A stretch of 62,758 bases of DNA, counting the filler, from Sphacelaria rigidula (lineage: Eukaryota): NCBI GenBank assembly GCA_964200075.2. It is 5 parts of 5 records of this genome, joined end to end, with 100 filler letters (N's around TTAATTAATTAA, not from the genome) between each part and the next. Parts side by side here need not be neighbours in the genome. Positions count along the whole stretch, not along the records: positions 25,148 to 37,620 come from CAXNAA020003732.1; positions 37,721 to 50,189 come from CAXNAA020003733.1; 3 more parts are not named here. One strand, written 5' to 3'. The notes beneath the pieces are model-generated. The model did no database searches and was not told the DNA's origin. It saw only the letters and a list, made by a program, of their open reading frames with translations. Position numbers and translations under genes: made by a program. This document shows positions 25,724 to 38,319 of the stretch, one piece after another (position 1 is the first letter of the stretch; every line of letters begins with the position of its first letter).

Positions 25724-28700
25724 CTGAGCAGCGTCGTATGACCACACGAACGCGTTTCGGTCGTGCGAGCATGTGACGATCTTGTTGGTCACGGGCGACC
25801 ACGATATCCCCGAGATGATCAGGTCATGCTCCTCCAGCACGTGCGCCAGGCGCCACGAGGCGAAGCTCGGGCTGTTACACCCCTCGTATATCTGCAGGCG
25901 GTTGTCATTGGCGCAGATGGCAACCACTGTGCCGCAACAACAGCAAAAATACAACAAGAGCAGCAGCAACGGGCTTGAGAATCCAAGTACAGCTGTACTG
26001 CTGACTGCACTGTACAGTCAGTAGCACACGTCACAGGACCGCAACATTGAGCTTCATTCACGCTTCCAGGTTCAAACGGTTAAACACAGAAGCTGCACGT
26101 ACTATTTTTGCACACTCCCGTCGGAGCTGTGAAAATCACCCTCTTTACCTCCGCCGCGGGATTCGGCCGGTCACGCACGGCGCAGAGTGCTCGCTTGAGG
26201 TGGAGTGTGATGGTCCACAGTGTCGTTCGTGCCAGTCGAGATGGTTATAAGATGGCGGTGACATATTTTTTGCCGTCGATTTTGTTCTTTCGGCCAACAC
26301 ATGTACTGGCCGTACTCAGGTCACTTGTTTTACATAAGGTCTTCACATGTGACACAAACGCGCGCGCGTGCCCCATGCCATGTGAACACATGCGAGGAGC
26401 ACGGCTTTAGCAGGGATGACCTGGCGAAATTGGAACCGCGGTGAGGAAGCTTGCTCTAAATAAATAAATCCAGATGCTCAACGGGGAGCTTGTAGCTCGC
26501 TCGGAATTGGGGGAGGGGCATTCACTGAGCTCGGCGATGGCCTTTACCGCTTGTGAAGAGGTTAGGCGTGGTATCGTAACGTGTCCCGTCAGGCAGCACG
26601 GTGGACATACCCCTTGCAAATGGCACAGTGCAGTACAGTACAGTACAGGGCCGACTTCACATGCCGAGGTCATAATTTTGCCAACATGCGCGAGAGTGGT
26701 TCTACGGGAGGGGTGCACATTTTTCTCCCGAAGCTCTGCACTTCCGGAGCCTCCCGATGACAAACATCTGGGCCTTCGTGTGCAGCCTCACAAAACGTTT
26801 GGACGAAAGAGTGCACCCCTCCAGTAAGATCACTCGCGAATATATCCCGAACAGCCGAGTACATGGGAACGTTGGATTTTTCTGCCAGCCTGAACATACG
26901 ATATTGGAACCAAGGCGGTGAGCTTATTTGACTGTACAAACCCTGCTGCCCAAAGCGGTGAGCGTGGTGTTACGAGTAGAAAGAGGGAGTGCTCAGCTTA
27001 CTACTAGCTTTTTTATTCGTACTGCAGGCGGTACAAACTGCACAGCAGTCGTGGTATGCGTAAGCACGGCTATTAAGAGTCCCGTCCAATAAATCTTTTG
27101 ATACTCAGGGTCACCCCTAGATTTTGGGACGCTCGCCCTGAGCCCTAGTTCAAGTTTTACGGTCAAGGATTGGTTATTGAAATTTGCCTTGCCCCGACCC
27201 CTAGACCTGACCCTGATTTCAAGTTTTATTTTTTTTCACGAGACTCGCCATTACCTCTGGTCAATTTGGCTCCAGAGTTTGTGTTCTTCAAGGGACACAG
27301 AACGCCTGTTTACATAAGTGAACAGGTCGATGCTTTGAGCATTTGTATATAAATTATTCTAGTGCAGTAGACTGATCGGTCTTAAGTACACTCAGGTGAC
27401 ATACGTGTCGGCTGGGCCGTTTTGCGTGGGATACATGTTCTCATGCTTTGCAAGCGGTGCGCGCCGGAAACCACTGCTGGTGCGATATATGTGAACAGCA
27501 TGCTTCCTGCCTGTGCTTAGCAGCCTCCGTACTTTCGGGGTAGTGCAGTCACACCACGCGCACGTTCCACGATCACATTCTCTCAATTGCACCGGTACTA
27601 TGCTGGCGCTGTACCGCAAATGAGGTGTCCGTTTATCGGCCGCTCAATGCAACAGTACAAACGACCAGCGTGTCATTGCTCTCCACTGCACACAGTCTAC
27701 GCGATTTCCATCTCTGCTAGTGTTGTGAAACATTGTGCAGCTATCTTGGTAACACAAAGGGGTTAAAGTAGCTCTCCTCTACACCGCACATGTAGATTTT
27801 TCATGAGTGGCTGAAGGTAACCAACACGAAATAATCAGTGTACCCTTGCTGTCCGGCGTTCATAGTCTACGATGTCTCCACCTCTGCTGGTGTTCAATAA
27901 CAACCCATTTGCAGCTATTTTTATTACCCAAAAATTGATGAACCATGGGGGGGGGAGACGGTCGCAAGGACTGCGCGATGAGCAACAGACACCTCTCCTT
28001 TTGTGTAAGTCAAAGCTCCAGTAGCTGCTACAGCTTGGGTTAAATACAGCATGGCTTCACCGTGCTCCATATATGTCATCCATCTGCTCGAAACTATCCA
28101 CAAACAAAAAGTCTAATTACCCTGAAAATTTTGGGGGAGGGGGGGGTAACACGTAGCGGAGATATCTCGCCGGTGAGAAATACAGGAATCCCCGAGGACG
28201 AACAGTGAGACGTTATGGCAACACATGTGTTTCCAGTCCATTCACTCCCGCCTGTACTGTACTGGGGGGAAACACACACCCCTCAAGTAAACTGCAAGAC
28301 GTACTTAGAGCGAAACGAAAACGTTGTCTGGGCTGGGGGGTAGGACATGTCCCGTTGTCTGCACTGACGGTCCAAGATTTTTTATACAGGAGTACGTGCA
28401 ACTGCACGACGACACGCACGCACGCACGCACACTGACGACAACCTTTTGCTGGCAATGTGACGACAGTCCTTACTCGATACAGTATATGTCGAAACTTAC
28501 TACAGCAGGACCGTAGGACTGCACTAACTATGCACGACGAGGTAGAAGCTGAGCCAAGTTCGTTAGAGAAAAGCGCTGACGACGAGGGATATCAGGCGAC
28601 TGTACACGATAGCAGTGGATCCGCAATGAAACAGCACCCACCTCCCGAGGCGAGAATTCGCCATGAGGCGGGTGTTTTTGGCTTCATGACAACTGTTCGT

Positions 28701-29847
28701 GTGATGAGCTTTTTACTCTTGACGACATTCCCCGTAGGTGAGATGGTTTTAACCCTTAGTCGGCGACAGTGGGTAATCTGTTGGATCGGCATCTATTTCA
28801 CTTGAAAAATCTAAATGATGCAAATGGACTGCCCTCCTCGTGGTCTATGGGTTGACCCCCCAGGCGCGAGACCTTCTTTCGGAACAATATGTCCCGCTAT
28901 CAACGCGGATGAACCGCGACGCTGTTGTAGCTGGGCAGCCCCTCACACCATCCCTAGTGACGACACACCGTGTATTCCGCGGGCCCCAACCCTTAATTTT
29001 TGTATATTATTCATTCCGAGCGGTTCTTGTTCACATCTTGCGAGTGGTCAATCTCGGGATTCACACGTGGCACCTCGCGCCCGGACGGTCAACACTCAGG
29101 CGTGTGGTTTTGGCTTTTTCAGGGCATCGGGCGTAGTGTGGGTCCACTACAATCTGCACCGACAAGTGTTGGCCTTGTGGTGCACGCCGTATTGCGACTT
29201 AATCGACTCCTCCTCCAGCAAACGGTAAAGTTTGAATCTGGTATTTTTTGTTTCCTCTCTTGCACTACAGGTACAACTCCGAGACGTCGCTCCTCCAGGA
29301 GAATAGGGGGGCGACCTTGAGCAATTCCGCTCATTTCAGAACAGTTTCATATATGGATGTTCGACGTCGTCCACAGCTTTTGTCGTATCATGATGGATTG
29401 TTGGACCTTGGAGAGACAGTCAGAGGGATAAATTGCAGTGTGGATAGCTCACGAATATGTATAATAGTGGAGTGCCAGTCAAGGGCCGATGTCTGCGACG
29501 GTTGACTATTCTTGTGCATTCAACAGTTTCCGTGAGCTGCGTGCACGGCTATCTGAAAGCAACAGTCGAAATCTCAATACAGTACCTCCCTGGATTTGGA
29601 GCCGGCCACTGACTGTCACACCGCACGAGATAACAACTCATCACAACACATTGCGGCAAAATCAGCGAATTAACACGATGGCATCGGCACGGCCACAACG
29701 GAGTTGCTGTGGGGCAGTTATGAGTGCACGCACACACATCTACTCGACACGGGTAGCACACTAGCACTCACTTGTTCTGTCTCCGTTCCATGCGTGGCAC
29801 GAGATGCCCAGCAAGGGAGAGGCCGCCTGGTAGACAACGGGTGCCAT
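25724..29847 (-). CDS. ARPC1: Actin-related protein 2/3 complex subunit 1 (p41, WD40); first two coding exons, 3' partial
   Basis: Exon 1 29847-29772 (MAPVVYQAASPLLGISCHAWNGDRT, donor GTGAGT, phase 1) joins exon 2 25926-25724 (VAICANDNRLQIYE..LEEHDLIISGISWSPVTNKIVTCSHDRNAFVW.., donor GTGAGG). CHAWN and IVTCS.DRNA.VW are ARPC1 hallmarks. Confidence 0.92.
27077..27246. mobile_element. Small degenerate MITE in ARPC1 intron 1
   Basis: GAGTCCCGT..TCAGGGTCA pairs with TGACCCTGA..ACGAGACTC. Confidence 0.5.
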
Positions 29848-30854
29848 TGTGGTGCTGCACCGTAGCGACTGCTCTTCCGTCGAATTCTTGTATTTTACCC
29901 TTGATTCCCGCCCTCGATTTACCCGTATTGCTATCAAAGGCTCCTAATCCTTCACGTGGATAGTCCAAGCTGTTGCGCGGACTGCTACGCTGATTCGAGC
30001 TTTCGCGAGTGCCCTTAGCGTAGTTATCATTACTACGCATACGCATTATGTTATGTTTTACGAATTAGTGTCATTTGTTTCCTGTTGCCTTATATGGTAA
30101 ATGGAAATTTCGCTGTGCGGCAAACAGCTGCTACTTACCTGGGGGGTGCAATACATCTATCGCATAGGGCTGCGTTGGCATGTTGTATATGTTGCCTTGT
30201 GACTTTGCATCTTAGCACCGCGGGTATAAGCAACAGGCTAAGATGAAGGTAACACGACGAATCAGACGGAGATATCACATCCTAATCAGAATCCACCAAG
30301 TGCACACACCGCGGTACTGAGGAGGAGAAAGCATGGTTCTGCTCGATACCAGTGCGACAACAATTCGATGGGGCCTAGTTGGGGCTGGAAGCGTATGTGA
30401 GGTATGACGCGATGCAGGAGAAGCGCGAATGTAACCTCTTGTTCTTGCTTAGAACATGTGTTTTATGGCAATGGCTATTATACCGTACAGAGAATAGAAC
30501 ACTACAGACACTGGTTGACCAGAGACTCTCCGCTCCCCTCACTTCGAAGTATGCGCTACATGCGCATGCAGGCCAGAGTAGGCACGCCTGGTACCTGACC
30601 AGCTACACAAGCCCTAGCTTGGTACGGTATGTTTTGGCGAAATTGGCCAGCCTTTTTGTGTTCGGTCCGCGCGTGTGCTACGTACACATTTACCGTACGG
30701 TACTTTTGGAGTCCTGATCTTCGGTGCAGAGGCGTTTTGGCAGTTTAGTGTAAGAACAAATGTTGAGTAGAAATCATCCCTACTACAAACAATATATATT
30801 CCCTGTTTCGGGAGACGGAGTTGGAAATCACCTCTCAAAAAATAGCACCCGTAA

Positions 30855-33160
30855 GGCCAACTTTAATGGCAGCCGTTCAAAATTCCTGTTCAAAACTGCC
30901 TTTTTGGCCCTTCTCCGTCGATTCACACCCGAAAAGGGGGCCAGGCGGATGTTGACGCCTTGGAATGACTTGCTCTACTCGTTGAGGCTATTCTAGGGCA
31001 ACGTTGCGTTTCCCGCTGGCCGCACTTTTGATTCTGGCCAAATGAGGCGAGGCACGGATTTTCAGTAAAAAACAGTCAGGTGATCAAAATTTCCCCCGTC
31101 TTCTGATCGCTAGACCGTTTTTTGTTGGAAATCCGAGTTTGGCCAAAAATGAAAGTGCGGCCAGCGGGAAATGCAAAGTTGCCCTGGAACGGCCTCAATG
31201 AATAGAGCAAGTCATTCCGAGGCGTCAACATCCGCCTAGCTCTCTTTTCAGGCGTGAAACGACGGAGAAGGGCCAAAAAGGCAGTTTTGAGCAGGAATTT
31301 TGAACGTCTCTCAGTAGAGTCGGTCTAAGAAACGGATAGTTGACACGATTTTTGCCCCTAAACAGGAGATGTCGCCACCACACACACGTCTTGGATACTC
31401 TGCATCACCCCACCTAGAAGAGTCTAGCCCGCTTATCCGATTCGCTTGGCTCGGAGGGTTCGAGGATGGTCTCTGAAATAAAGTACAGCTTGACCCGAGC
31501 TTGACCAAAAAGTACGGTATCTGCAGGCTTTTCCGTTTTTCCCCGTGGTATTTTCGCGTAAGAAAACTGCGGACGTCGCATTATTTTGTCAAGCTATCCT
31601 TTTGTGAGAAGACCATTCTCGAAGCATCGGAGCCAAGCGAATCGGATAAGTGGGCTAGACCTCGGCTAGACTCCTCTCGGTGGGATGATGCAAAGTTTCC
31701 AAGACGTGCGTGTGGTGGCGACATCTCCTGTTTGTGGCCCAAAAACCGTGTCAAACGTCACAAAAGTGGAAACCTCCCCTTCCCCCCCCCTCCCCGCATC
31801 CAAATATCGACGTAAGAAACGGTCTGACTACACAATTCTGCATTTTTCCCCGCAAAATATCCTCCCGTCTCCGACCCGGACGAAAATGTCTGCTTCGGCA
31901 AGCTTGGAAAACTATAATGAGCGCGGTATTAACAACAACTTTGAAGCTTTGATCTTCAATTTCTGGCCGCGAGTACAGACATCAAGTATTTCAAGTTGTA
32001 CCAATGGGTTCCTGTACCCGAGACGCTGGGAGCGGTTAGGGCGTTTCTTCGGGTATTCGGACAGTTGAGCAGCATATGCTTGAAATAACGAGGGCCGGAT
32101 GAATACTGACTCGTCCGAAAATTACTTGCTTTTATTAGTATATAGTTGAATTCTTACCCTACGAATCAATCCTTTGGCTTTGTTTTAAGCGTTGCACCAC
32201 AGGGTACACCCATTCCAGGCATATGGGAAAGCGGAAAAATTTCATGGGAGATTTTTTTTACCCTCGGTCACCTTTTTTCATATCTTTCGAGCACTCGGGG
32301 TGTGTCTTTGGTGTGTCTTAGGCCGCTCCTTGTAGCAGACAAGAATATAAATCTGGAAGAGTGCCTTTTTGGAGCTTCTCAGTCGTTTTACGCCCTTACA
32401 GAGAGCTAGGCGGATTTTGACACCTTGGAATAACTTGCGGTACTCATTGAGACGGTTCCAGCACGCCTGTGCGTTTTTCCGGTGGCCGCAGTTTCTTTCT
32501 TGCCCAGACTTGCATTTTTCTCGCTCATTTTTCTCGGAGATCGCTGATTTTCTCGGAGACCGGTCACCTGCAGAAAAACGTCTCAACAAGTACCACAAAT
32601 CCTTTTAAGTTGTCAAAATCCGCCTAGCTCTCTTGAAGGGCGTAAAACGACCTAGGAGCTCCAACAAGGCAATTTTCCAAATTGATATTTTTGTCTGCTA
32701 TAAGGAGCGGCCTTGGAACGACTCTACTGAGAGACGTTCAAAATTCCTGCTCAAAACTGCCTTTTTGGCCCTTCTCCGTCGTTTCACGCCTGAAAAGAGA
32801 GCTAGGCGGATGTTGACGCCTCGGAATGACTTGCTCTACTCATTGAGGCCGTTCCAGGGCAACCTTGCATTTCCCGCTGGCCGCACTTTCATTTTTGGCC
32901 AAACTCGGATTTTCAACAAAAAACGGTCAAGCGATCAGAAAACGGGGGAAATTTTGATCACCTGACTGTTTTTTACTGAAAATCCGTGCCTCGCCTCATT
33001 TGGCCAGAAACAAAAGTGCGGCCAGCGGGAAATGCAAAGTTGCCCTAGAACAGCGTCAACATCCATCCGCCTAGCCCTCTTTTCGGGCGTAAATCGACGG
33101 AGAAGGAACATAAAGGCAGTTTTGAACAGGAATTTTGAACGGCTACCATTAAAGTTGGCC
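30855..33160. mobile_element. Composite foldback / Harbinger-type non-autonomous element with ~470-bp TIRs that are themselves palindromic
   Basis: Ends GGCCAACTTTAATGG..CCATTAAAGTTGGCC are flanked by TAA and TTA. 30855-31322 is the reverse complement of ~32718-33160. Internal hairpins at 31339-31756 and 32321-32712. Confidence 0.85.
32321..32712. mobile_element. Nested Harbinger-type MITE
   Basis: TIR GGCCGCTCCTTGTAGCAGACAA / TTGTCTGCTATAAGGAGCGGCC, flanks TTA/TTG. Internal sequence is related to the outer element's TIR module. Confidence 0.75.
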
Positions 33161-33163
33161 TTA

Positions 33164-33353
33164 GGGCTTGTCTTAGCACATCAGTTTTCGATCGAAATTG
33201 TGCGGTGGAAAAACAAAAATCCCGATCTGATGGGTCGTAATTTCAACCATCGTCGTTAATTTTGAAGATGGTTGAAATCATCGCCTATCAGGTTAGGATT
33301 TTTGTTTTCCACCGCACTTTTTCGATCGAAAGCTGATGTGCAAAGACAGGGCC
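33164..33353. mobile_element. Tourist-like MITE (190 bp)
   Basis: TIR GGGCTTGTCTTAGCACATCAG / CTGATGTGCAAAGACAGGGCC with a TTA duplication at 33161-63 and 33354-56. Confidence 0.8.
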
Positions 33354-34161
33354 TTACCTTAGCACATTTTTTTTTATCGAAAAAAGGGGGCGGTGCAATT
33401 GATACGAGCGAAATTCGCTCATTTTTGTCGAGTTGGATCCAGGCGAATTTTCAAGCTTTCGATCGAAAAAAGGCAGCTAAAATAGTGAAATAGTACTTGA
33501 TCCCTTGTGCACAGTAAGTACAGTCTGTCTGTGCTGTCTGCACTGTTTGCACGCAGTGTGTCTGAGTGTGTGCGTGTTTTGCACAGTAGGATGTGGACGA
33601 GAAGCGGGCAACGTGCAATACCGACAGCGCAGGATTGTCTGTCATCTCTGTTTACAATGTAATGTGAAAAGGACTTGTACAGCGTGCAGCTTTGTACGGC
33701 CTGCACTGTCCATGCGGGTGTACGCAAGCCGATTGCCCACCGTACCACACGCGGTTCCGTCGCTGATCCCTCTTATGAAAGAAGGTGCTCAGGTTTTCGC
33801 CAACAACAAATAAATAAAGCATGCCCAAGTACTGCAGTGTACCTATCCCTGTGCTCACTCGTGCACTATGGTGCAGGGTTGCGGTGGTAGCTGAGAATGA
33901 GTTGTGTGGAGTTTCATGCTTCTGTGAGCTGGTGTTATCTGGCGTGGTGGTCTGTAAGATGAGAGTCAATTGTTTTCGATCGAAAAATCTTGTTTTTTTT
34001 CGTTTTTTACTTCTTCTCCGCGAGCCACTAATTAAAAAATGGAGTTGAAGCCTTCATAGAACAGAAGTCCGGTGAACATATCAGATCGAAGACAAGAAAG
34101 TCGACCGCACTTTTTTGATCGAAACAAAATGTGCCTAGACACGCTCTAAGACACGCCCTCA

Positions 34162-34329
34162 GGGTGTGTCGTGGCACATTATGATTCAATTGAAATCGTG
34201 CGGGCTTCTGATCTGATCGGTCGGGATTTCTACAATCGCCGATGACGTTAAAATCACAACCTATCAAGTCGTAACTCTTGCTCTCCACCGCACTTTCTCG
34301 GTCGGAAAATAATTTGCGAAGACACGCAC
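34162..34329. mobile_element. Degenerate relative of the 33164-33353 MITE
   Basis: Ends GGGTGTGTC / GACACGCAC with TCA on both flanks. Shares CCACCGCACTTT..TCGAAA; further remnants at ~33960-34150. Confidence 0.55.
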
Positions 34330-35077
34330 TCAGGCCCAAGAAATCGTAGGTTGGTTATTCGAAGCAGCCATGATCCGTCCAACCTTTGGAAACTAAACGT
34401 TTTTTCGCTTTTGTCTCATACAGACGGTGGTATGCTGCCCTCGGTTCGAAACTTCTCCGCGGGAACAAAAATTGGGCCCCCATTTTCCCCAAGAATAGGT
34501 TTATGCAGACACAAAAGTACCAAGCAGTTCTTTGAAACCCGAAGTACTTACCGGGAAAATCCATCCTCAAGAATGGGCAGCTTCGCTCAGGCAGGGCTTA
34601 CCAAGAATTGCATGGGGTCAGAGTTGCATTGATCGCTGTATGCTGTACCAAAGCTGAACCGAAAAATAAGCGGGTGTTCATTTGGTGGGGGGAGCTCAGA
34701 GATAGAACACGACTTTTCTGACAGTTCTTCCGGTATTCATCGGTTTCGGCCAATCACATGGCCGCAAATTCACTCGTTTGGTTTGCGGTACAGCTTGTAC
34801 CTGTTTGTGGCCGGAAAACACCCAGGTATTATGCATTGATCTCTGAGTATAGTTCTAGAATGCATATGACTGAGGCTTGCGCCTCATCTCTGTACAGTAC
34901 TCGTATTAGACACTATCGCGCACAATTTTACAGCAGGTGCGCTGTGTCCGCCAAGCGTCTTCAACAGGTTGGCCTGTTAGGCACCAAGTCACCGGATGGC
35001 CGCCCGACAGTCACGCCGAGGTTCAGAGAATGACCACCGTAGACGTGAATGACCGCCAGTGAGGCGGATGGGCGCTA

Positions 35078-35412
35078 GCTCAAATTTCTCGCGAGGTTTT
35101 TTCCACGGCTCAAGAAGAATGCAGCAACCTGGTCTGTGGTTGAGCTGACGGCTTCCTGTTTCTGGTTTTGAGTTATTGCTGTAGAGCGATGCCGCGATAT
35201 CCCCCCCCCCCCCGAAACCAGCGCCAAAACTGCCCCGAAGAAAATGACTGTATAGCGTATGATCCTTGGTTTCAGAGTTCATTCATGGAGCCCCTCACAA
35301 AGGCAACATTGGCGGAAGCTCGTGTAAACTCTACTGGCAATAAATACATTCAGCTGTACTTACCGCAAGTCCTACACCGACGAGAACAGCGCCCAGGACG
35401 CCAGTCATGAGA
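35078..35412 (-). CDS. Possible last two exons of a small membrane-anchored protein
   Basis: Hydrophobic segment LMTGVLGAVLVGVGLA ends in a perfect donor GTAAGT (~35364), in phase with CAG|VAAFFLSRGKNLARNLS-stop (~35127-35078). Upstream exons not resolved; coordinates approximate. Confidence 0.25.
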
Positions 35413-36419
35413 ACTAGAGTAGGACCTTCTAACCACAGGAAGACATGGGATCAGCATTAGTCGGTATTTGCAGCTTTGACGTATCGAACATGATAGCCCA
35501 CGAGGGAGACATTCCAGGTCGTTGTACCGGCGGCTGCATGGAGTATACAACCCCCACCCAAAAAAAGAGAAAAAGAAAAAGAGTTATGAGGATTCGAAGA
35601 AGCCAAAGTGCAGTGTGATTCACTCGGGATGAGGTGACCAGTCCGGAATGAAGTTGTGACCACCAGACAAATATCGCTGCTTATGTTGCAGCTATGACAG
35701 AACCGGAGCCCTCAATTTTCGAGAGTAGCTCAAAGTATGTTCCCCTATCATGACTGTCATTACTGATGTTTTGCTAGACCTTTGACTTCCGTTGCACACC
35801 ACCCCTGCACCGGCGCCCTTCTTTACGGCGCAAGCGCACCTGAACAGATTACTTCGTGCATGTTACAAGAGTATCCCTTTTCCGCGGTCTTGCTTAGCCG
35901 ATACTCTGTACGAGCTTCCAATGGTATGTATGTTGGGTTGGTAGGATATTTCCGAAATTTGGGTAGTTTGAGAAATCGCACTCTATGTAACTAAAACATG
36001 GGTAGAGTATTGAGATCGTGTTCAATAGTACCTCGGAGATATTGGGCAGGTACCTAACTCTACCCAATATTTGGGTAGGGGTTGGAGATGGGGCCATCGC
36101 AACATAACATTCGGGAGAGTAAATACCCGGGTGGTTACCCTACCCAACACACCCTTGCAAGTTTCTCACATTGCTCACGCTCGTGTCGCAAGACGCTGGA
36201 ATTTTACAGTATTTGTATGTGTCGTCGGCTGTAGCCACCTGACCTTGAACACCGCCCCCCCCTCCCACACACGTACACAAAACACACTCACACCGGACCG
36301 GACCGGACCAACGTACTCTTCGATGGACTTCCTTTGCATTGGAACCGGACCAGATCAAAAGCGGCCCGGCATTCTACAAGGCACCCGGCAGCTCGCTGGT
36401 TGCAGTCATGGTGAGAAAT

Positions 36420-36893
36420 GATGTGTCCGTATCATTCCGTAGTTTCCCTTTCCTCTGCTCTCTCTCTCTCTCTCTCCACACCTGTCCGTTTCTCTATATG
36501 TGTGATTATTTCGTTCTGGGGAATGTAAGTCGCAGTTTCGTGCTTCGCTTCCGCACGGTTCATGGGTGAGAGTTCATTCCCCAAATAGTGTGGCCGATAA
36601 AGCTGAGCCGCGATTTGTTCCCACGGCTCTTTGGGTTCCGCTTGGATTTGGGCTCATGTGCTTTTGCGCAAGACCTCGTCCACCGGAAGCCAGGTCGCAG
36701 AGGCATGTCACTCCCGTTTCGTTTTGTTTTTTGTCCTCGTCTCTGTCAACTCTGTCGGTCTGTTCCGTATTTTTCTTCTTCACTTTTTCTCAGCGAGTGT
36801 TTCCGTTTTGTTTACCTTGGGTATGTCTCTCTTGTGGATAATGACCATGGCTGGGTCCCTCGGGCATCAGTTAATGTGCGATAATCGATCAAT
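36420..36893 (+). mobile_element. 5'-truncated LINE 3' UTR fragment
   Basis: Shares AAGTCGCAGTTT..GCTTCCGCA with 14308, and GTGTTTCCGTTTTG..ATGACCATGGCTGGGTCCCTCGGG..GTGCGATAATCGATCAA with the other LINE tails. Confidence 0.7.
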
Positions 36894-37468
36894 TCACCAT
36901 AGTAAAATATTGATTTTTATCACAATTTGGCGCACGCTAGCCCATAAGGTCTCGGTGTTTGTAGGATATTGCTCTGATAATCGGTTACAGTTTTTCTCGC
37001 AACTCATGGAACTACGGGTGTGGCCTTTGCGCCGTCGCAGTTGCAACGGCTTCTTGCCTCAGGAACGCCTCCCACATAAGGTACACTCTTTGGTATTCTG
37101 TCACTTCTGTCCCTTTTTGGCGACCACCTACTGTGTATCTCGTGCGGTACTGTTGAGGACCCCCATCCCAAGTCATGCGCTGGCCCTGACACATCAATAC
37201 GTTACTTGGATTGCCTTCTGTTTCTCGCTGTGTTGGGCCTCACATCGTTTGCCTGCTACAGTGTTTGCGACATCAACCTCCCCCCCGTGGCACATTGGAC
37301 AGCAGGGGGAAAACGATCGTTATACTAGCAGATAGATGGTGGCCGCGGGCGACGAAACACTAAGTGCATGAGATACTGTATGTGGAGGGTTTTTGTATAT
37401 ATATATATATAAATGTATAGCGTAATGAGCGCCCAAATGTTGGAGGTATCTCTACTAGGAGTAGGAAC

Positions 37469-37620
37469 GGCGCTCTGTCTCAAAAGGTATGCGTGGTCAA
37501 TGGTCCCATGACTGAGGCAAGCAACAGTACGCTCCCCCCCACCGCTGCGGTGCTCCGTCTCGAAAGGGATGCGTGGTCAATGGTCAAACGACTAAGGCAA
37601 GCAACAAATGAGTACGCCCC
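37469..37620 (+). repeat. Two tandem copies of the ~75-bp GAAA-hairpin/poly-C element
   Basis: Copies at 37469-37540 (degenerate) and 37549-37620 (consensus-like) at the contig end. Confidence 0.85.
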
Positions 37621-37720
37621 NNNNNNNNNNNNNNNNNNNNNNNNNNNNNNNNNNNNNNNNNNNNTTAATTAATTAANNNNNNNNNNNNNNNNNNNNNNNN
37701 NNNNNNNNNNNNNNNNNNNN
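37621..37720. other. Artificial contig-joining linker
   Basis: N44-TTAATTAATTAA-N44. Confidence 0.97.
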
Positions 37721-38319
37721 GTTTGCAATACATGCACTGTTACAGACCTCAGGTAGCAAAACTTTACTGGAGGTGTTTGCTCAATACCACAGTATAGAGA
37801 AGGGCTGCCTTTGTGAAGTAGTGGTGGCGTGACGTAATCAATGATGGTCACTCAAGGATATTCTCATGGTTATATCATCAGCGAAGCTGATGATCGCCTC
37901 GTCCCATCAGCCATAGCCTCGATGGGCTTCCGGCGCATAAGGGGAGGGGAAATGTGGGAGATATCTCTTTGCAGTGACATATCAGAGACTGATGTTACAC
38001 ATGTATACAGAACCAGTGCAAGCAGAGACGAGGTAAGAACGTTCCGGAAGGACCAGATTCCCCGAGGACCCTGTAATGCCGACGAAACTAGACAACTCGG
38101 GGTGATGCCAGGAAGAGCCTAATATTCAGGACGGTCCAACATCCCCCGAGGAACCCGGTCGCCTCCAGCGACCACTCTGTGTCTGACCCACTTCTTGCCT
38201 AGAGGAAATCATCGTCAGCTTCGGAGTTCCTTCGGCATCAGGACGACATCTCTTGGGACAGCCTCTTCCTTAGTCTGTCCCCCCTTGGATACGTCCTCCT
38301 TACACTATGATTCATTTCG

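Noticed and set aside
30131..30230. U1 snRNA-like start (TACTTACCTGG)
   Set aside because: No convincing U1 stem-loops or Sm site follow. It is better explained as a perfect minus-strand splice donor (CAG|GTAAGTA), plausibly of an ARPC1 5' UTR intron.
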